Source: the human T2T-CHM13v2.0 reference genome, Homo sapiens
NCBI RefSeq assembly: GCF_009914755.1
Contig: NC_060926.1
Direction: 5' to 3' (one strand)
DNA: 64,000 nt
Positions within the stretch are counted from its first letter, which is position 1. Each line of letters starts with the position of its first letter. Position numbers and translations under genes: made by a program. The notes under the pieces were generated by a model that saw nothing but the letters and a program-made list of their open reading frames with translations, made no database searches and was not told the DNA's origin. Shown here piece after piece: positions 45,762-59,670 of this stretch.

Positions 45762-46127
45762 CAGATGCTCCTCAACTTGCAGTGAGGTCATATCCCAATA
45801 AACCTAGTGTAAACTGAAAATACTGTAAGTCAAAAATGCATGTAATGCACCTGACCTAGCAAACCTCATAGCTTAGCCTCGCCTAATTTAAACGTGCTCA
45901 AAACACTTACATTGACCAGCAGATGGGCAAAATTATCTAACACAAAGCCTGTTTTATAATAAAGTGTTGAATATCTTATACAACTTATTGAATACTGTAT
46001 TGAAAGTAAAAAACAGAATAGCTGTACGGGTGCTTGAAATACAGCTTATACTGAATGTTAATAGCTTTCAAACTGTTGTAAAGTCAAAAGTCATTAAGTG
46101 GAACCAGCGTAGGTCAGAGACTGTCTG
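45762..46127 (+). mobile_element. MER47A-like Tigger MITE
   Basis: ta-cagatgctcctcaactt...gtaggtcagagactgtctg, full length with inverted ends. Confidence 0.82.
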
Positions 46128-47234
46128 AATGCTAAATAAGTATCTTCTGGTAACGTTAAGGACATTTTAAAGAGTAGTGATACTTTATATGTTTTCTTGA
46201 AATATTAGCTCCATGTGATACCAAACAGAAAAACTTAAATTCAATATAAAATAAAACTATCAAAATACAGAAACTACATCCTTTTAGATAAATCTTTACA
46301 GCAGATATGGAAGTAAATAACAGTTACTTCAAATGTATTGGGGAGTGAAATTCAGATTTGATTCTTGACAAGTCTTTATCACACAATTTCTGATTATCTG
46401 TCATTCATCCTGATAGTCAAACACCAGTCTGAAGTGAAATGCACTCGTCTCTTTGTCAAGCTATGTTCATTCCCGAAATAAATTTCTCTTTACCTTCTTT
46501 TCACCCAGTAAAATTCCTGCTCCCCCAGCTGGACTTCCAAAGATTAAAAAAAGAACTTCTCATCAGAAGAGGGTCAGTCAAACATAAAGTGCAATATAAA
46601 TTATAGAGACCTGAGCATTTTCTTACATCCCTTTATCTTCATTATGATATTTGCATCATATTTTGGAGGGTGAGTCTAAATGCATATTTTCCATTTAGCA
46701 AAATATTTAGTGTACACCAGAAAAAAATAGAGAAAATGCCCTAGGATAATCCTTAACATTTGTCAATTATCCTTGTACATTCGTTATCTAATTTAAGCTG
46801 ACAAACAACCCTGAGAGACAGGTGCTGCTAGGAGGATGCCTACCCCATCCTCCAGGTGAGGATGGTTGCAATATATAGTCAGACAGGAGAAGGAATTAAC
46901 AGCAGGATGCAAGAAGTTGCCTGGGTGCATTGGACTGGGATGGGTAGATTCTAAACTTGAGCTCAGGCCTTTGAATTGAGCTGCAAGGTGGAACATTATG
47001 TCAGCACACGAAGGCACCAGAGTTCCAAGTTCCAACCCCAAAGGTACTATATGCTGGATGAGAAACAAAGACAACTGAAAGGACACAGAACGCTAAACTA
47101 GGGGAAAGGTGATCCTCTGGGAACTGTCCAAGTGTCCAAGCAAGAGGCAGTGGGTCGGGGAGGGAATACTGAGGGTCTCTCTTTCTGGCGGCCATTTCTA
47201 CGCCAAAGCGGAGGAATTAGAAAACAACTAATTA

Positions 47235-47531
<297 letters not shown>

Positions 47532-47944
47532 TTAAACTACAGAAGCAAGTTCAAGAGAGAGTAAAAAGTTAGAAGTGACTGATGCAGGAGGGGTGGTTAT
47601 GGAGGAGAGGGGCCCCAAAGAGAGCTATAATCCCACCAGTTACTTCTGAGTTGGGGACCCTGCAGTGGCAAATCACTGTGAGGTGCTGTGTTTGAACGCC
47701 CTAAGTCAGGCCAAAATCAACTGGGAACAAAGGTTATCCTGAGAGACCAACATCCAACACCTCAAGTTTTCCACAATTTCTGGAAAAAGAAGCAGATGAA
47801 AGATTCCAAAGGAAAACTGATGGCCAGAGCATTCAGTACCAAAGATCACACACCTGTGATGCCTTCGCCAGGGCTGGAACACAGTCGCTGGATTCCAGAG
47901 CCCATGCCTTTCCACTTTGAGCCACACTAGAAATATTATGTTAG

Positions 47945-48249
47945 GGCCAGGCTCAGTGGCTCATGCCTATAATCCCAACACTTCGGGAGGCTGAGGCAGG
48001 CAGATCACCTGAGGTCAGGATTTCAAGACCAACCTGGCCAGGGTGGTGAAACCCCATCTTTACTAAAAATGCAAAATGAGCCGAGCATGATGGTGGGTGC
48101 CTGTAGCCCCAGTTGCTCAGGAGGCTAAGGCAGGAGAATCGCTTGAACTCAGGAGGCAGAGGTTGCAGTGAGCCAAGATCGCGCCAGTGCACTCCAGCCT
48201 GGGTGACTGAGCGAGACTCCATCATCCAAAAAAAAAAAAAGAAAAAAAG
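47945..48249 (+). mobile_element. Alu (S-type), about 175 nt into intron 4
   Basis: Full dimer; 16-bp duplication agaaatattatgttag. Confidence 0.95.
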
Positions 48250-48423
48250 AAATATTATGTTAGAATCCAGTTTTTATTCTAAAACCTTACCAAAGTGAAA
48301 GAAATAGCATTGATGGATAGAATTCAGATTATCTGAGCAAAATTCCCTACCTACTGTCTCAACACCAAACCAAAGTTGGGTTGAATCAGATGCAGTGTTG
48401 AGTAGAAGATTTTGGTAACTCAC

Positions 48424-48590
48424 CAATAAAGTGATTATTCCCCAAGGCGAGCATCTCCTCCAGGAGGACCAGTCCCCCTGAAGCCTGAAGGGGGGTCACA
48501 CTTCGTCCATCTATGAGGGAGCACTGTTGGAATCCTGTGGCCGTGACCTTCCAGAGCAAAATCAGTGAGGCAGTGGCATCTTGCCGAATC
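48424..48590 (-). CDS. DNER: DNER coding exon 4 (167 nt)
   Basis: Acceptor ctgtttccag|G, donor ATT G|gtgagt; translates (K)IRQDATASLILLWKVTATGFQQCSLIDGRSVTPLQASGGLVLLEEMLALGNNHFI(G); phase matches exons 3 and 5. Confidence 0.96.
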
Positions 48591-49071
48591 CTGGAAACAG
48601 GAATGATGTAAACAGAAAGCTCCTTTCAGAAAAATTCATCTTAGAACCAGTTCTTCAAATTAAAAATAAATACAAAGATGGTATGTGCATCTACCAAGGT
48701 ACCAGGAGATCGATGGCATAAACAGATACGCGGGCGTCCACTGTAAAGGCGTACACTCCCACTTGTTCACAGTGTACCACAAAATGAGTCACTGGTAACT
48801 CACCTTTGAGTAACCACTTTGATGAACAGTAAAAGAGTACACTGAGTTCTCTTTCAGACAAATCCTTCCATAGCCACACAATATAAAAAGAGTTTTGCTT
48901 AAATTTGTCATAAACGTGGACTGCAACCCAACACAGCCACCTGAGTTATGCTGCCAAAATAAGCAAAAGTGTGTCACCTTTCCCCAACACCCCCCACCCA
49001 CCCACCCACACACACACACAATCACATACAATCCACCTCCCAATGCTTCAGGCCTCCCCTGGCTCATTTTT

Positions 49072-49102
<31 letters not shown>

Positions 49103-50945
49103 CACACAAAACCACCCCACAGAGAATAGGATGTCACAGAAAGCCCATCAACCCCAACCCCAACCCCAGCTGCCCTCCTGCGCTTTTCTCCTCACAGCCC
49201 AATGCTTCAGCTACTACGAGCTACCCCAACCCAGTTCTTTCTCACCTCCCAAGCTTTGTCTCCTTCTCCACCTTGGAAATGTGTTCCTAGCCCACATATT
49301 ACCTCTTCCCAGAGACCTCTGACCACTTCCCAACATCCCAACAGCTGCCCATTCTCCCCAGTGCTCCTGGAGAAGATCACAGTAGACTCCGCACAGATCC
49401 GCTCCCCCAGCACAGGGCTCCTGGCGTGCAGCAGGGGCTCAGTAAAGCTTTGATCAGTGACTAAATTCATGAGGAAATGAAAGCGTAAGGAGCTAGTAAC
49501 CCCCACAAGTGAATTCAGTGCCCTCAGGTCATTCGGCACTCCCATCTCACTTCGTCTGAGTCAGACTCTGCTAATTCGGTCCCGTTCTGCAGCTTAAGGG
49601 AGTCTCAGAGAATGGCAGGTTTGTTGAGAGGGAAAAAACAAAAGCATTTAACGAGATAGAAGACCAGAAAATTTGGAAAGGTTTATCAAGGTAAGATAAT
49701 ATGATCTAGACAAGAAAGGGCTGAGAGATGTTTTAAGAGTAAAGGAAACTAGAGATCCTGCTCCTAAAACTAGCCCAGGACGGCAGGGGTTTCAGCTGTA
49801 GTCTGAGCAGTGAAAGAAACGCTTAGGACCGGGGTCCCCCTGCTGGTAGAGCTCGAAGCTGCCTCAGGCTTCACCTCTCCCGCCTCTCCGGATGGGAGCG
49901 TTCCTCCTGAGCCCAGGAATTCCCAAGCAGCCCTTCCAGGCTCTTCCCCTGCCAGAGTGAGTTCAAGGCTGTGGTGACCCAGGGTGCAAGAGCAATGTAA
50001 CAAAGTCCCTCTTCCAAACATGTTCAGGGACTCCACTGTTTAGAAAGCCAGGTAGACAAAAATGGCGATGGATACATGGAAGAGACCTACAGTGCCCGCA
50101 GGCCCCTTAAAAGGGAGCCAGTGCAACAGATTGGTTAACCAGGCCACGTGTTCCCAGTCTTCTAAAAATCCCCAAAGACTGGACAGCAAATGCCCCTTAG
50201 GTTGCATGGAAAGTGTGGGGAGGGTGGTAGTCAATGGCAACTGAAAAGGATGGGCAGTGGGGGGTTGTCAGCCGGCCTGGGGCACCCTAATACTGGCCCA
50301 TACCCCACCCCCAGCTTTGTGCTCCTGGGCACCTGCTGACTTGAGCCTCATATAAAGCACCACACATATCAGGTCTCAACCAGCACTGCTTCCCTATGCC
50401 TCTCCCTCTTCCCCACCGGTGACAATGGACCCTGTCATTTAAAATAGCTTGAATTTTAAACAAAACACTCTCTTTGTACGCTTGCTTTTAAAGAGAAAAC
50501 TGTAAAAATAAATAAATAAATAAAAATTATAAAAAATAAAGAGAAAATTGTAATATGTAGAATTTAAATTTGGGGCAAAGTATGCATCTGAATGTAACTG
50601 ATGGTCCAATAAAATCTTAAGAGGCCAATAATTTGGGAAGCAAAGCATTTGGGAGACAAGGAATCTGGCTGAGATCTTATCTAAGGCCTCACGGTTTGTC
50701 ACCTCACACCAGACTCATCCAGTCCAATTTCTCAATTCCACTTGTCCAGCCTGAAAACCCTCACTGTAATTGCCTCTGAAATCGCTTCCTCTAGTTTTCA
50801 AATGGCAGGGGCCACATCTACCCGTGGAATCTGTTCACGATTCTCACTTGACAGGCCACTTACACACCAGGTCCGCGGATGGACACAACCCCACTTATAG
50901 GTCATAGCATCACTCTTAACAGTTTGTAACTCAGAATTTTCTTAC

Positions 50946-51040
50946 TTGACTGAGGTGTTCTGTGGCACTTCAAAGGATACCAGGCGGCCACCCGCAGAGC
51001 TGTTAGAACTGGCATTCCCACAGGCAATATCTGGGATCAC
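50946..51040 (-). CDS. DNER: DNER coding exon 3 (95 nt)
   Basis: Acceptor ttttccccttcccag|GTG, donor GTC AA|gtaag; translates VIPDIACGNASSNSSAGGRLVSFEVPQNTSV(K). Absent from the ORF track; found by reading the sequence. Confidence 0.96.
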
Positions 51041-53039
51041 CTGGGAAGGGGAAAAAAAAAACGACATATGATTGGGGTTGTTTATAGTATAACATAATGT
51101 GATAAAGCAAAATTCCATGCTGAATTTCCTTCATCCCTTTTGATGATGCGGGGGTAGGGCTAGAGAGGAGATGAAGAAGTGAAGCCTTACAAACTCAAAA
51201 GAAAATGAAATCTTTGTCATTTGATGTTCTGAAATGCAACAGCTTCCCTGAGAGCAATCTACAAATTCCTGGGATTGTTAAAACTGATCAATAGGATATT
51301 GCAGGACAGGAAGCAGATGTCACTCCCTGCTCATTTTCCATTCATTTAACAAGCAGTCATTGACCCCTGCACTATGCTTAACCTGATGCTAACCAGGAGG
51401 CCAACTTTAAGGACTAACTTACAAACAGCAGGTAAAAGCCTAATGACTAGACAAGCCAGCCTTCGACTTGCAAAGTGCATGCAGTATCAGGTCTGATGAC
51501 TCTTCTGTGTGCTGATGGGTCCAGGAGCACATGCTAAGGCTGGGGAGCTTGAACGCTGCCTTTCTTTTTCCTTGTAGGCTATACCTTCGCTTTTAAATTA
51601 TTTCCCAAAAGTATTATATGGATGTATATTTTTTTAAAAAGGAGATCAATTGGTGGGGGGAGGACTGTGCTCATCAAAAAGCATACTGCAAAACCTTGAG
51701 CTATGTCCAGTGAGCATAAACCTGGCCAATTTATGCACTTAGTCCTCATGCCACAATTACTGTCCTCCCCCATGTCAATGAAAATGAAGCAGTATTAAAA
51801 GTATTCATCATCACAGAATTAATTGAGAACAATACAGAAACTCTCAGCAATTTCACTCCACAGCCCACACTTAGATCTTATTTTCCAGAATGCCCTACAA
51901 TCAGATTCTATGGATTAAGCCCACCACTGATATTCAAAGATGTGAGTATAACTTGTTAAATTTGTATGACAGATGGCTGCTACCCAAGCCTCTAAGTCTC
52001 CAAATAACTTTATGTTTCCAAAGCATCATTACTTCACAGAAAGGGGATAATAATATGCCTCCTGGTTTCCATCAGGTTAGGCATACATATTAACATGTCT
52101 TCCTCTGGCACTTTAAATCTGCTTCATGAGCAGCCTAAGAAATAATCCATGATATAGGAAGATGAGGCATTTCCTTTTTTTCTTTTTTACACTTACCAAC
52201 TGTAAAATAACATGACTTTAAATAAATAGATTGAAATGGCTGGTTAGGGAGAAATTTTCTTTTAAAGGACACTTCTTTGATAAACTTGAATCAAATCTAG
52301 TTCACATTCAAGAACTGAGTCATCCAGCAAAGAAGCATTAACATCATAACTTCAAAGCATTTATTAAAAGCCTGAAATCAGAGCAAGTTCACAGTTTTTT
52401 AGGTAAGCTAAAAACATTGCCCTGCAGTCTGAATGTGGCCTTCATAAGCTGTGTGGTAATACAAAAAAAAAAAAAAAAGTGGGTCAACTGGTGAGAATTA
52501 CTCAAGAAAATAAAAGGAGAAATGCTACTATCTCTTTTATAATAAAGGAAATTTCTAGATGCAGTCCTTGACTCTAATACATGCTATGCAAAAATCTATT
52601 TTTTTTTTTCATTTAAACGATGAAACCCGTAATAATAACATACCGACACAGGTTTATATGGATGTCATACATATAAAGTATAAGATATAGAATGGAATTA
52701 CACTCCCCAGTGTCACTTCAAACTCATGATTTGGATTTGTTCCCCAACTCTTCTACCCAGCAAATTTATTTTATGTCAACTTCTAGGAGTCTACTGAAAA
52801 GACTTTTGAAGAGCTTGAAGATAAAACAGCCAAACTCAAACTTGATAGGAGAAGTTCCAACAAATAGAATTTGCTGCTGCCAAAATAAATAAAACTTGGA
52901 AGTTTCTTTGTCAAATGCATTCTAAAAATATGTCAAAATCATTGATAGCTTCTTCTTTCTAAACCCCATTGAAATACTTCAAGGTACCAAAAATAGAACC
53001 TAAATGACAACAGTAAAAAAATAGTTGAGTGTTGCGGTC

Positions 53040-53790
53040 TGCTGTGGTCTGAATGTCTGCGCCCCTCTAAATTCATGGGTGAAATCCTAACCACCATGAT
53101 GATGGTATTAAGAGGTGGGGCCTTTGAGAGGTGGTTAGATCAGCAGGGCACAGGGCTGGTGAATGAGATTAGTGCCCTTGTAAAAGACCTGAAAGAGCTC
53201 CATAGCGCCTTCTACCATGTGAGGTTACAGTGAGAAGACGCGGGCTGTGAAGAAACAGGCCCTCACCAGACTCTGAATCTGCCTTGATCGTGGACTTCCT
53301 TGTCTCCAAGGCTGTGAGAAATAAATGTCTGTGATATGATTTGGATCTGTGTCTTCAAATCTCATGTTGAAATGTGATCTCCAATGTGGGATGTGAGGCC
53401 TGGTAGGAGATGTTTGGGCCATGGGGGCAGATCTCTCATGAAAGACTTAGCACCGTCCCCTTGGTGATAAGTGAGTTCAGGTGAGATTGGATTGTTTTCT
53501 GGGACCTCTCCCTTCCCTCTCTTGCCCTCACTCTTGCCATGTGACACACTGGCTCCCCTTTGCCTTCCGCCATGATTGTAAGCTTCCAGAGGCTCAGCAG
53601 AAGCAGATGCTGGTGCCATGCTTTATGTACAGCCTGAAGAACAATGAGCCAATAAACTTCTTTTCTCTATAAATTGCCCAGCCTCATGTATTTCTTCATA
53701 ACCACTCAAGAATGGACCAATACTGTGTGTTGGTTATAAGCAACCCAGTTTGTGGCATTTTTGTTATAGCAGCCTTAACAGACTAAGACA
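53040..53790 (+). mobile_element. MLT1A-like LTR with a nested MST-type LTR (about 53331-53724)
   Basis: tgctgtggtctgaatgtc...aataaatgtctg, then tgatatgatttggatctgtgtc...gaatggaccaatac, then ttggttataagcaacccag...gactaagaca. Confidence 0.82.
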
Positions 53791-54131
53791 CACTCCCAGA
53801 AAGGAAAATAAGGTCAATGATGGAGGGTCCTATGACATGTTCCTTTACATGACTACACTGAGCTGTCTTCCCCAAAATCTAAGATTATCTCACAGAAATA
53901 CATGTGGATACCATTCCAAAAAATAATTTGATTCATTTTTTTGTTTACTCTTTTTATACTTATAAAACCATCGTACACACAAATGCAGACAGGAATAAGT
54001 TTAGGGAGATATTTTGCTTCGTGATTTAACTTAAAATGCTTTCATTTTTAATTGCTGATACTAGAACCGCTGGAGTCACTTTAAGATTTCTGGTTTCTAA
54101 TGTAAAAATGCACATGATATAACGTTCTCAC

Positions 54132-54440
54132 CTCCACTTGATCCCATTTCATTTCTACAACTTTCTGCCCTGTTTTCGGCTGCCAGGTAGGCAGTGTCAC
54201 CGTTGCCTGAGAGCGAGGCAGGATTTTGTCAGGCTCCTGAGTAGCAGGAACAGGCTGAAGCTGTCGGGGTGCCATGGATTCGGTCCAGCCAGTGGCTGGG
54301 AGACTGGGAAGTGCCTGTTCACAGTTGGGACCTTCATAGCCTTCATTGCAAATGCAGAGGTAGCCATCGCTGCTGCTGCTGCTGCTGCTGCTGCAGTTGC
54401 CATGGTGACAAGGGTTGCTGGCACAAGGATCTGCAACAAG
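54132..54440 (-). CDS. DNER: DNER coding exon 2 (309 nt): EGF-like repeat with poly-Ser insert plus Pro/Thr-rich linker
   Basis: Acceptor ctcgtttcag|CTT, donor GAG|gtgaga; translates LVADPCASNPCHHGNCSSSSSSSSDGYLCICNEGYEGPNCEQ...MKWDQVE; phase 0-0. Confidence 0.97.
54369..54392 (-). repeat. DNER: Coding (AGC)8 repeat encoding Ser8
   Basis: Plus-strand (gct)8 inside exon 2. Confidence 0.97.
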
Positions 54441-55809
54441 CTGAAACGAGACCATAAATGGGTCAATTATTCCCTCATAAGAAAAGTGGTGCCATCGCTG
54501 GGAAATTAGCTCTGTGTCTCAGAGCGACTGCTGTAATGGAAATGCTGTTCCTGTGGAATACACTCCTTAACTACTTGTGCTGTTGTGGGGTGGGGTGTAC
54601 ACCAAGGTCATCCGAACATTAACCTTACCACAGATAAGAGGCACCCAGCAAGAAAATACAAAGCGGAGAGCAGCCTCCTCAAAACCCAAAACACCCAATA
54701 ATGTCGATTTCAGTAACCAGTTATTTAGAGTAATTTTCTAGGGCAAAAATAGTTAAAACTCATTAGGAAGATGCCAACTTTGACATTTTTAGCTGTCAAA
54801 TGATATTAGGAATCTAAATTGGAATCTCCTTTTCCACATTCTGGACCTGTGCAAGGTCTCCTCATGAGAAAAGACTGCCCCATTTATCTGCCCTGCAGAT
54901 GTGCTTACCTGTATCTCTCAATTTCCTAACCGGTCAACAATACTTTTTAAGGTGATACTGTACTATTTAATTAAAGACTTCCAAAATGATCAGTTTGCAT
55001 GACAGTTGCTAGCTAGAAGAGACTGTGGTGGGGACTTAAGCAGAATTTTATGAAATTTTTTATTTCTTTATTTTGGAGGGTGATTAGAGAGAAATGTGAC
55101 CCCTTCCCTCGCCAGATATGGAAGATGAGAACTCAGTCATATGTGTTTCAATTATGCTCATGGTCTGGGGAAAGTGTTTATCTCAGAGTCCTTCTCTGTT
55201 GACCTCTGAATGGCCATGCGTTGGTAGTTGCAGACACGCTACAAAACAATGTGAAAAAATCACCTGCTCCTCTTCAGATAGCGCAAGGGTTCAGTCATGT
55301 TCTCAGCACCTGTTCAATTAGGATTTGTTTCTGTGATAAGGAGAAAATTAGATCTCTAGCTGATATACCCCTGGCTTCTCAGGGCTGACTACAAAACAGA
55401 ATTCAGTAGAGAATAAATGACAGAGAAGTGGGACCCTCACTCTCTTGTTAAAATGAGTTCACACACTTAAACATACATGGAGAGAATTCTGAATGGTAAA
55501 ACGGCTACTCGTTCTGCTAATTATTCCTATCAAGCAACTTCCAACAGACTCCTGAAGGAATATATTAAGGGATTTGGGGTTGAATCAAATGAAGCTTCAA
55601 AAATACCACATTAATTCTATGCTATCACTTGGCAATTCCCTCACAGAATCTCAGATCAGAGTCAATGGATTTGTATCTGAAGAGAATATTTAAATTGTCA
55701 ATAATTAATTTACAATATTCACAATCTATCAACTCAAAGTAAAATCCAAACTCCTTCTTCGGCAGACAAAGCTCTTTTTGGTCAGGCCCCTTCCTCTCCT
55801 CCCACAAAC

Positions 55810-56160
55810 CTTCCTCCTCCCTTGTAGCCTACTGTCCTCACCCTGTCTCTCTCCATGGACTATACCAAGTTGATTCCCACCTCAGGCCCTTTGCACCTGC
55901 TGGACCCCTGCCCAGAACACTTTTTCTCCAGACGTTGCACGGCTTTCTTCCTCATCTCATTCCATCCTCTACTCAAATGCTACCTTCTAGGAGAAGCCTT
56001 CCCTCACTGTGAAATCTAAAGTAATCTCTTCTTTACCCCTCTCCTACAAAAATGTGAGCTGCACGAATTCAGGTATTTTATCTACTGTGTTCACTGCTCT
56101 ATTCCCAGCCTGTCCAGGAACACAGACTGTATGATGGGACTTTAAAAAAAATTGTTGGAA
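55810..56160 (+). mobile_element. L2 remnant
   Basis: cctcaggccctttgcacctgctg..., L2 3' motifs. Confidence 0.6.
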
Positions 56161-56858
56161 AAAGGAGATATGATAGATTGATCAACATTTGGAAAGCAAC
56201 ATGTGATGAGGGAGGGATGTGAACTTGTTGAGTCACAAAGTTGTTATCTTGTTTCTGATTTATTTTTAGGAAGGCCTTGTGGAACGGGTGTCACCCCAAG
56301 AATTATGCAACAAGAAGAAGAATTTTATTCACGTGAACAAAGGAGACATTCAAAGCCATGCTTCTGAAATCAACTTTTAAAACATCTGAGGTTGATCTAG
56401 TCACAAATAAGAATTTCAATACATGCATTAAAAAGGCAGAAATACATTTAAACCGCAAGGGATCAATACAAAAATTAATTCTGAAAGTCCAAACCTCCAT
56501 TGCGCAGCTTAGAGAATGACATTACTAAGGCAAGGACCACCCATCTGGTGGCCTGAGAGGCCTCACAGCTTCAGCTCCATTGCCACAGCCCACATCTGAC
56601 AACCATCAGTCCTCAGAGAGGCAGAGGCCTCCTCAAAAGGGGCACTGAGCACAGCAGAAGTCCACATTCCTTCAGAGAAACCAGTTAAGCACGTGTACAC
56701 ACCCTTCCCACGGTAACAGGCACAACACCTACCCTCCCCAAGATAGCCGTTTTGAGTTTTCAAAGGACACTCCATAGAGTAACTTCTCTTCATGCCAACA
56801 CTGAAATGGAGAAGGATTTTCTGAATCCATATCACTTCTGAGAAAAAGAAGAGCAGAG

Positions 56859-57218
<360 letters not shown>

Positions 57219-57826
57219 CTAGGAGACCACGTCTTCTGATTTTCAGCCAAGAGTTCTTTCCATAACACAGCACCACAACTTTAATATCATGTTATTATCA
57301 TGCCAAAAAAAATTCCTGTAGAGAAGGCAGAAGGTAAGGGTTATATTTTTGTAAGCAATAGAAAACAAGTAGCTATTAAATGTAGGCCAATTAAGACTGC
57401 CTGAATGCTTTTTTGAGAAAAATGTATGATAATGGTAATACTCAAGGAACACTGATTGAGGACTTACTATGACAAGAACTGTACCAGGTCTCGGTATAAA
57501 ATGCTGTTTAAAAAAAAAAAAAAAAAAAAAACTCTAAATCTGTCCTAGAGAGTCTACATCTAGTAACTTAGTACAAGCACTAAAAGTTTACATCTAGTAA
57601 CCTAGTACAAGCACAAAAAGCACCTAGTCCTACCTGCTATTCACAATACTTATTTGTGCGCCTGCCATTCTGTTGGGTGTTTTACATTTCTTATTTTAGT
57701 TCATCCTTACAGCAACCCTTTTGGTAAGTACATTTGTACATTTATTATTCTATTTTACAGTTGAGGCTTAACAGTGTTACACAAATGACTGACTTTTACC
57801 CAGAATAAAGGCCAAAGTATTCACTA

Positions 57827-58750
<924 letters not shown>

Positions 58751-59454
58751 ATGATGTTATATACACGCAGCTGCCAGAGCCTATGAAGTGTACTGCCTTG
58801 TTAAATGGAATCAGGATTCTCCAAGGCCCAGTCTCAGGTCTTGAGAACATAAGTCAAGGCGGAGCCTTAAATGTCCCACTGTGGTGTTTTAAAGTGATTA
58901 AATAACTTTAAATCTGCTTTAAAAGGAGTAAAAGCTCTGTCGACCTGAGAGGTAAGACAGAACCAGCACAACCTGCAGCCTCGGCCTTGATGAGGGCAGG
59001 AAGAGTACAGACCCACTTCACAGGTGGCTTTCAACACAGTGAGCCAAGCCACCTTTCTCTGGTCCTCGGAGACCATCTCTGGGAGCCACTTTGTGAAGCC
59101 ATTCACCCCAGTGGGAAGTGTCAGAGGTGCTGGTTGATGGAGCTGAGTGGCAAAGGGCAGGTCCCATGGCAATGTTCAATTTGCCACATCCAGGAGTCAG
59201 TCCCACCAGGTAAGGGGATAAAGAGCCAGAAAGAAAATATGATGAGAATCAATAATACCCTAAGTGCTCTTGTCTGAGCTTCATAGATGAGAGGAATGCA
59301 CAAATAGCATGTGGGATGAAACAATGAATGACTGACACGGAAGGCCAGGAGAAACACTCTTAGTGAAGAAGAGAGGACAAAAGCTAAAAATTAAACAGTC
59401 AGTTGCATAAATTTCTAAGGGGATTCAAAGTAGTGGATAATGTGATGGAGTGTG

Positions 59455-59670
59455 TATGCACACACATGCACACGCACATGCACATGCATGCACATGCACG
59501 CATATACATGCACACACCTGCACACACACATGCACACACACACATATACATGCACACACACATGCACACGCACACATATACATGTACACACATGCACGCA
59601 CACACAAATGAACACAAACATGTGTGCACACATGCACACACACATGCACACACACATGCACACACACACA
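59455..59670. repeat. Imperfect (CA)/(CATGCA) alternating purine-pyrimidine tract
   Basis: About 215 bp of cacacatgca-type units; UG-rich on the transcribed strand. Confidence 0.95.

Noticed and set aside
54138-54509. Poly-Ala and poly-Cys ORFs overlapping exon 2
   Set aside because: Alternative or antisense frames of the (AGC)8 repeat; the EGF cysteine pattern and splice phases identify the real frame.
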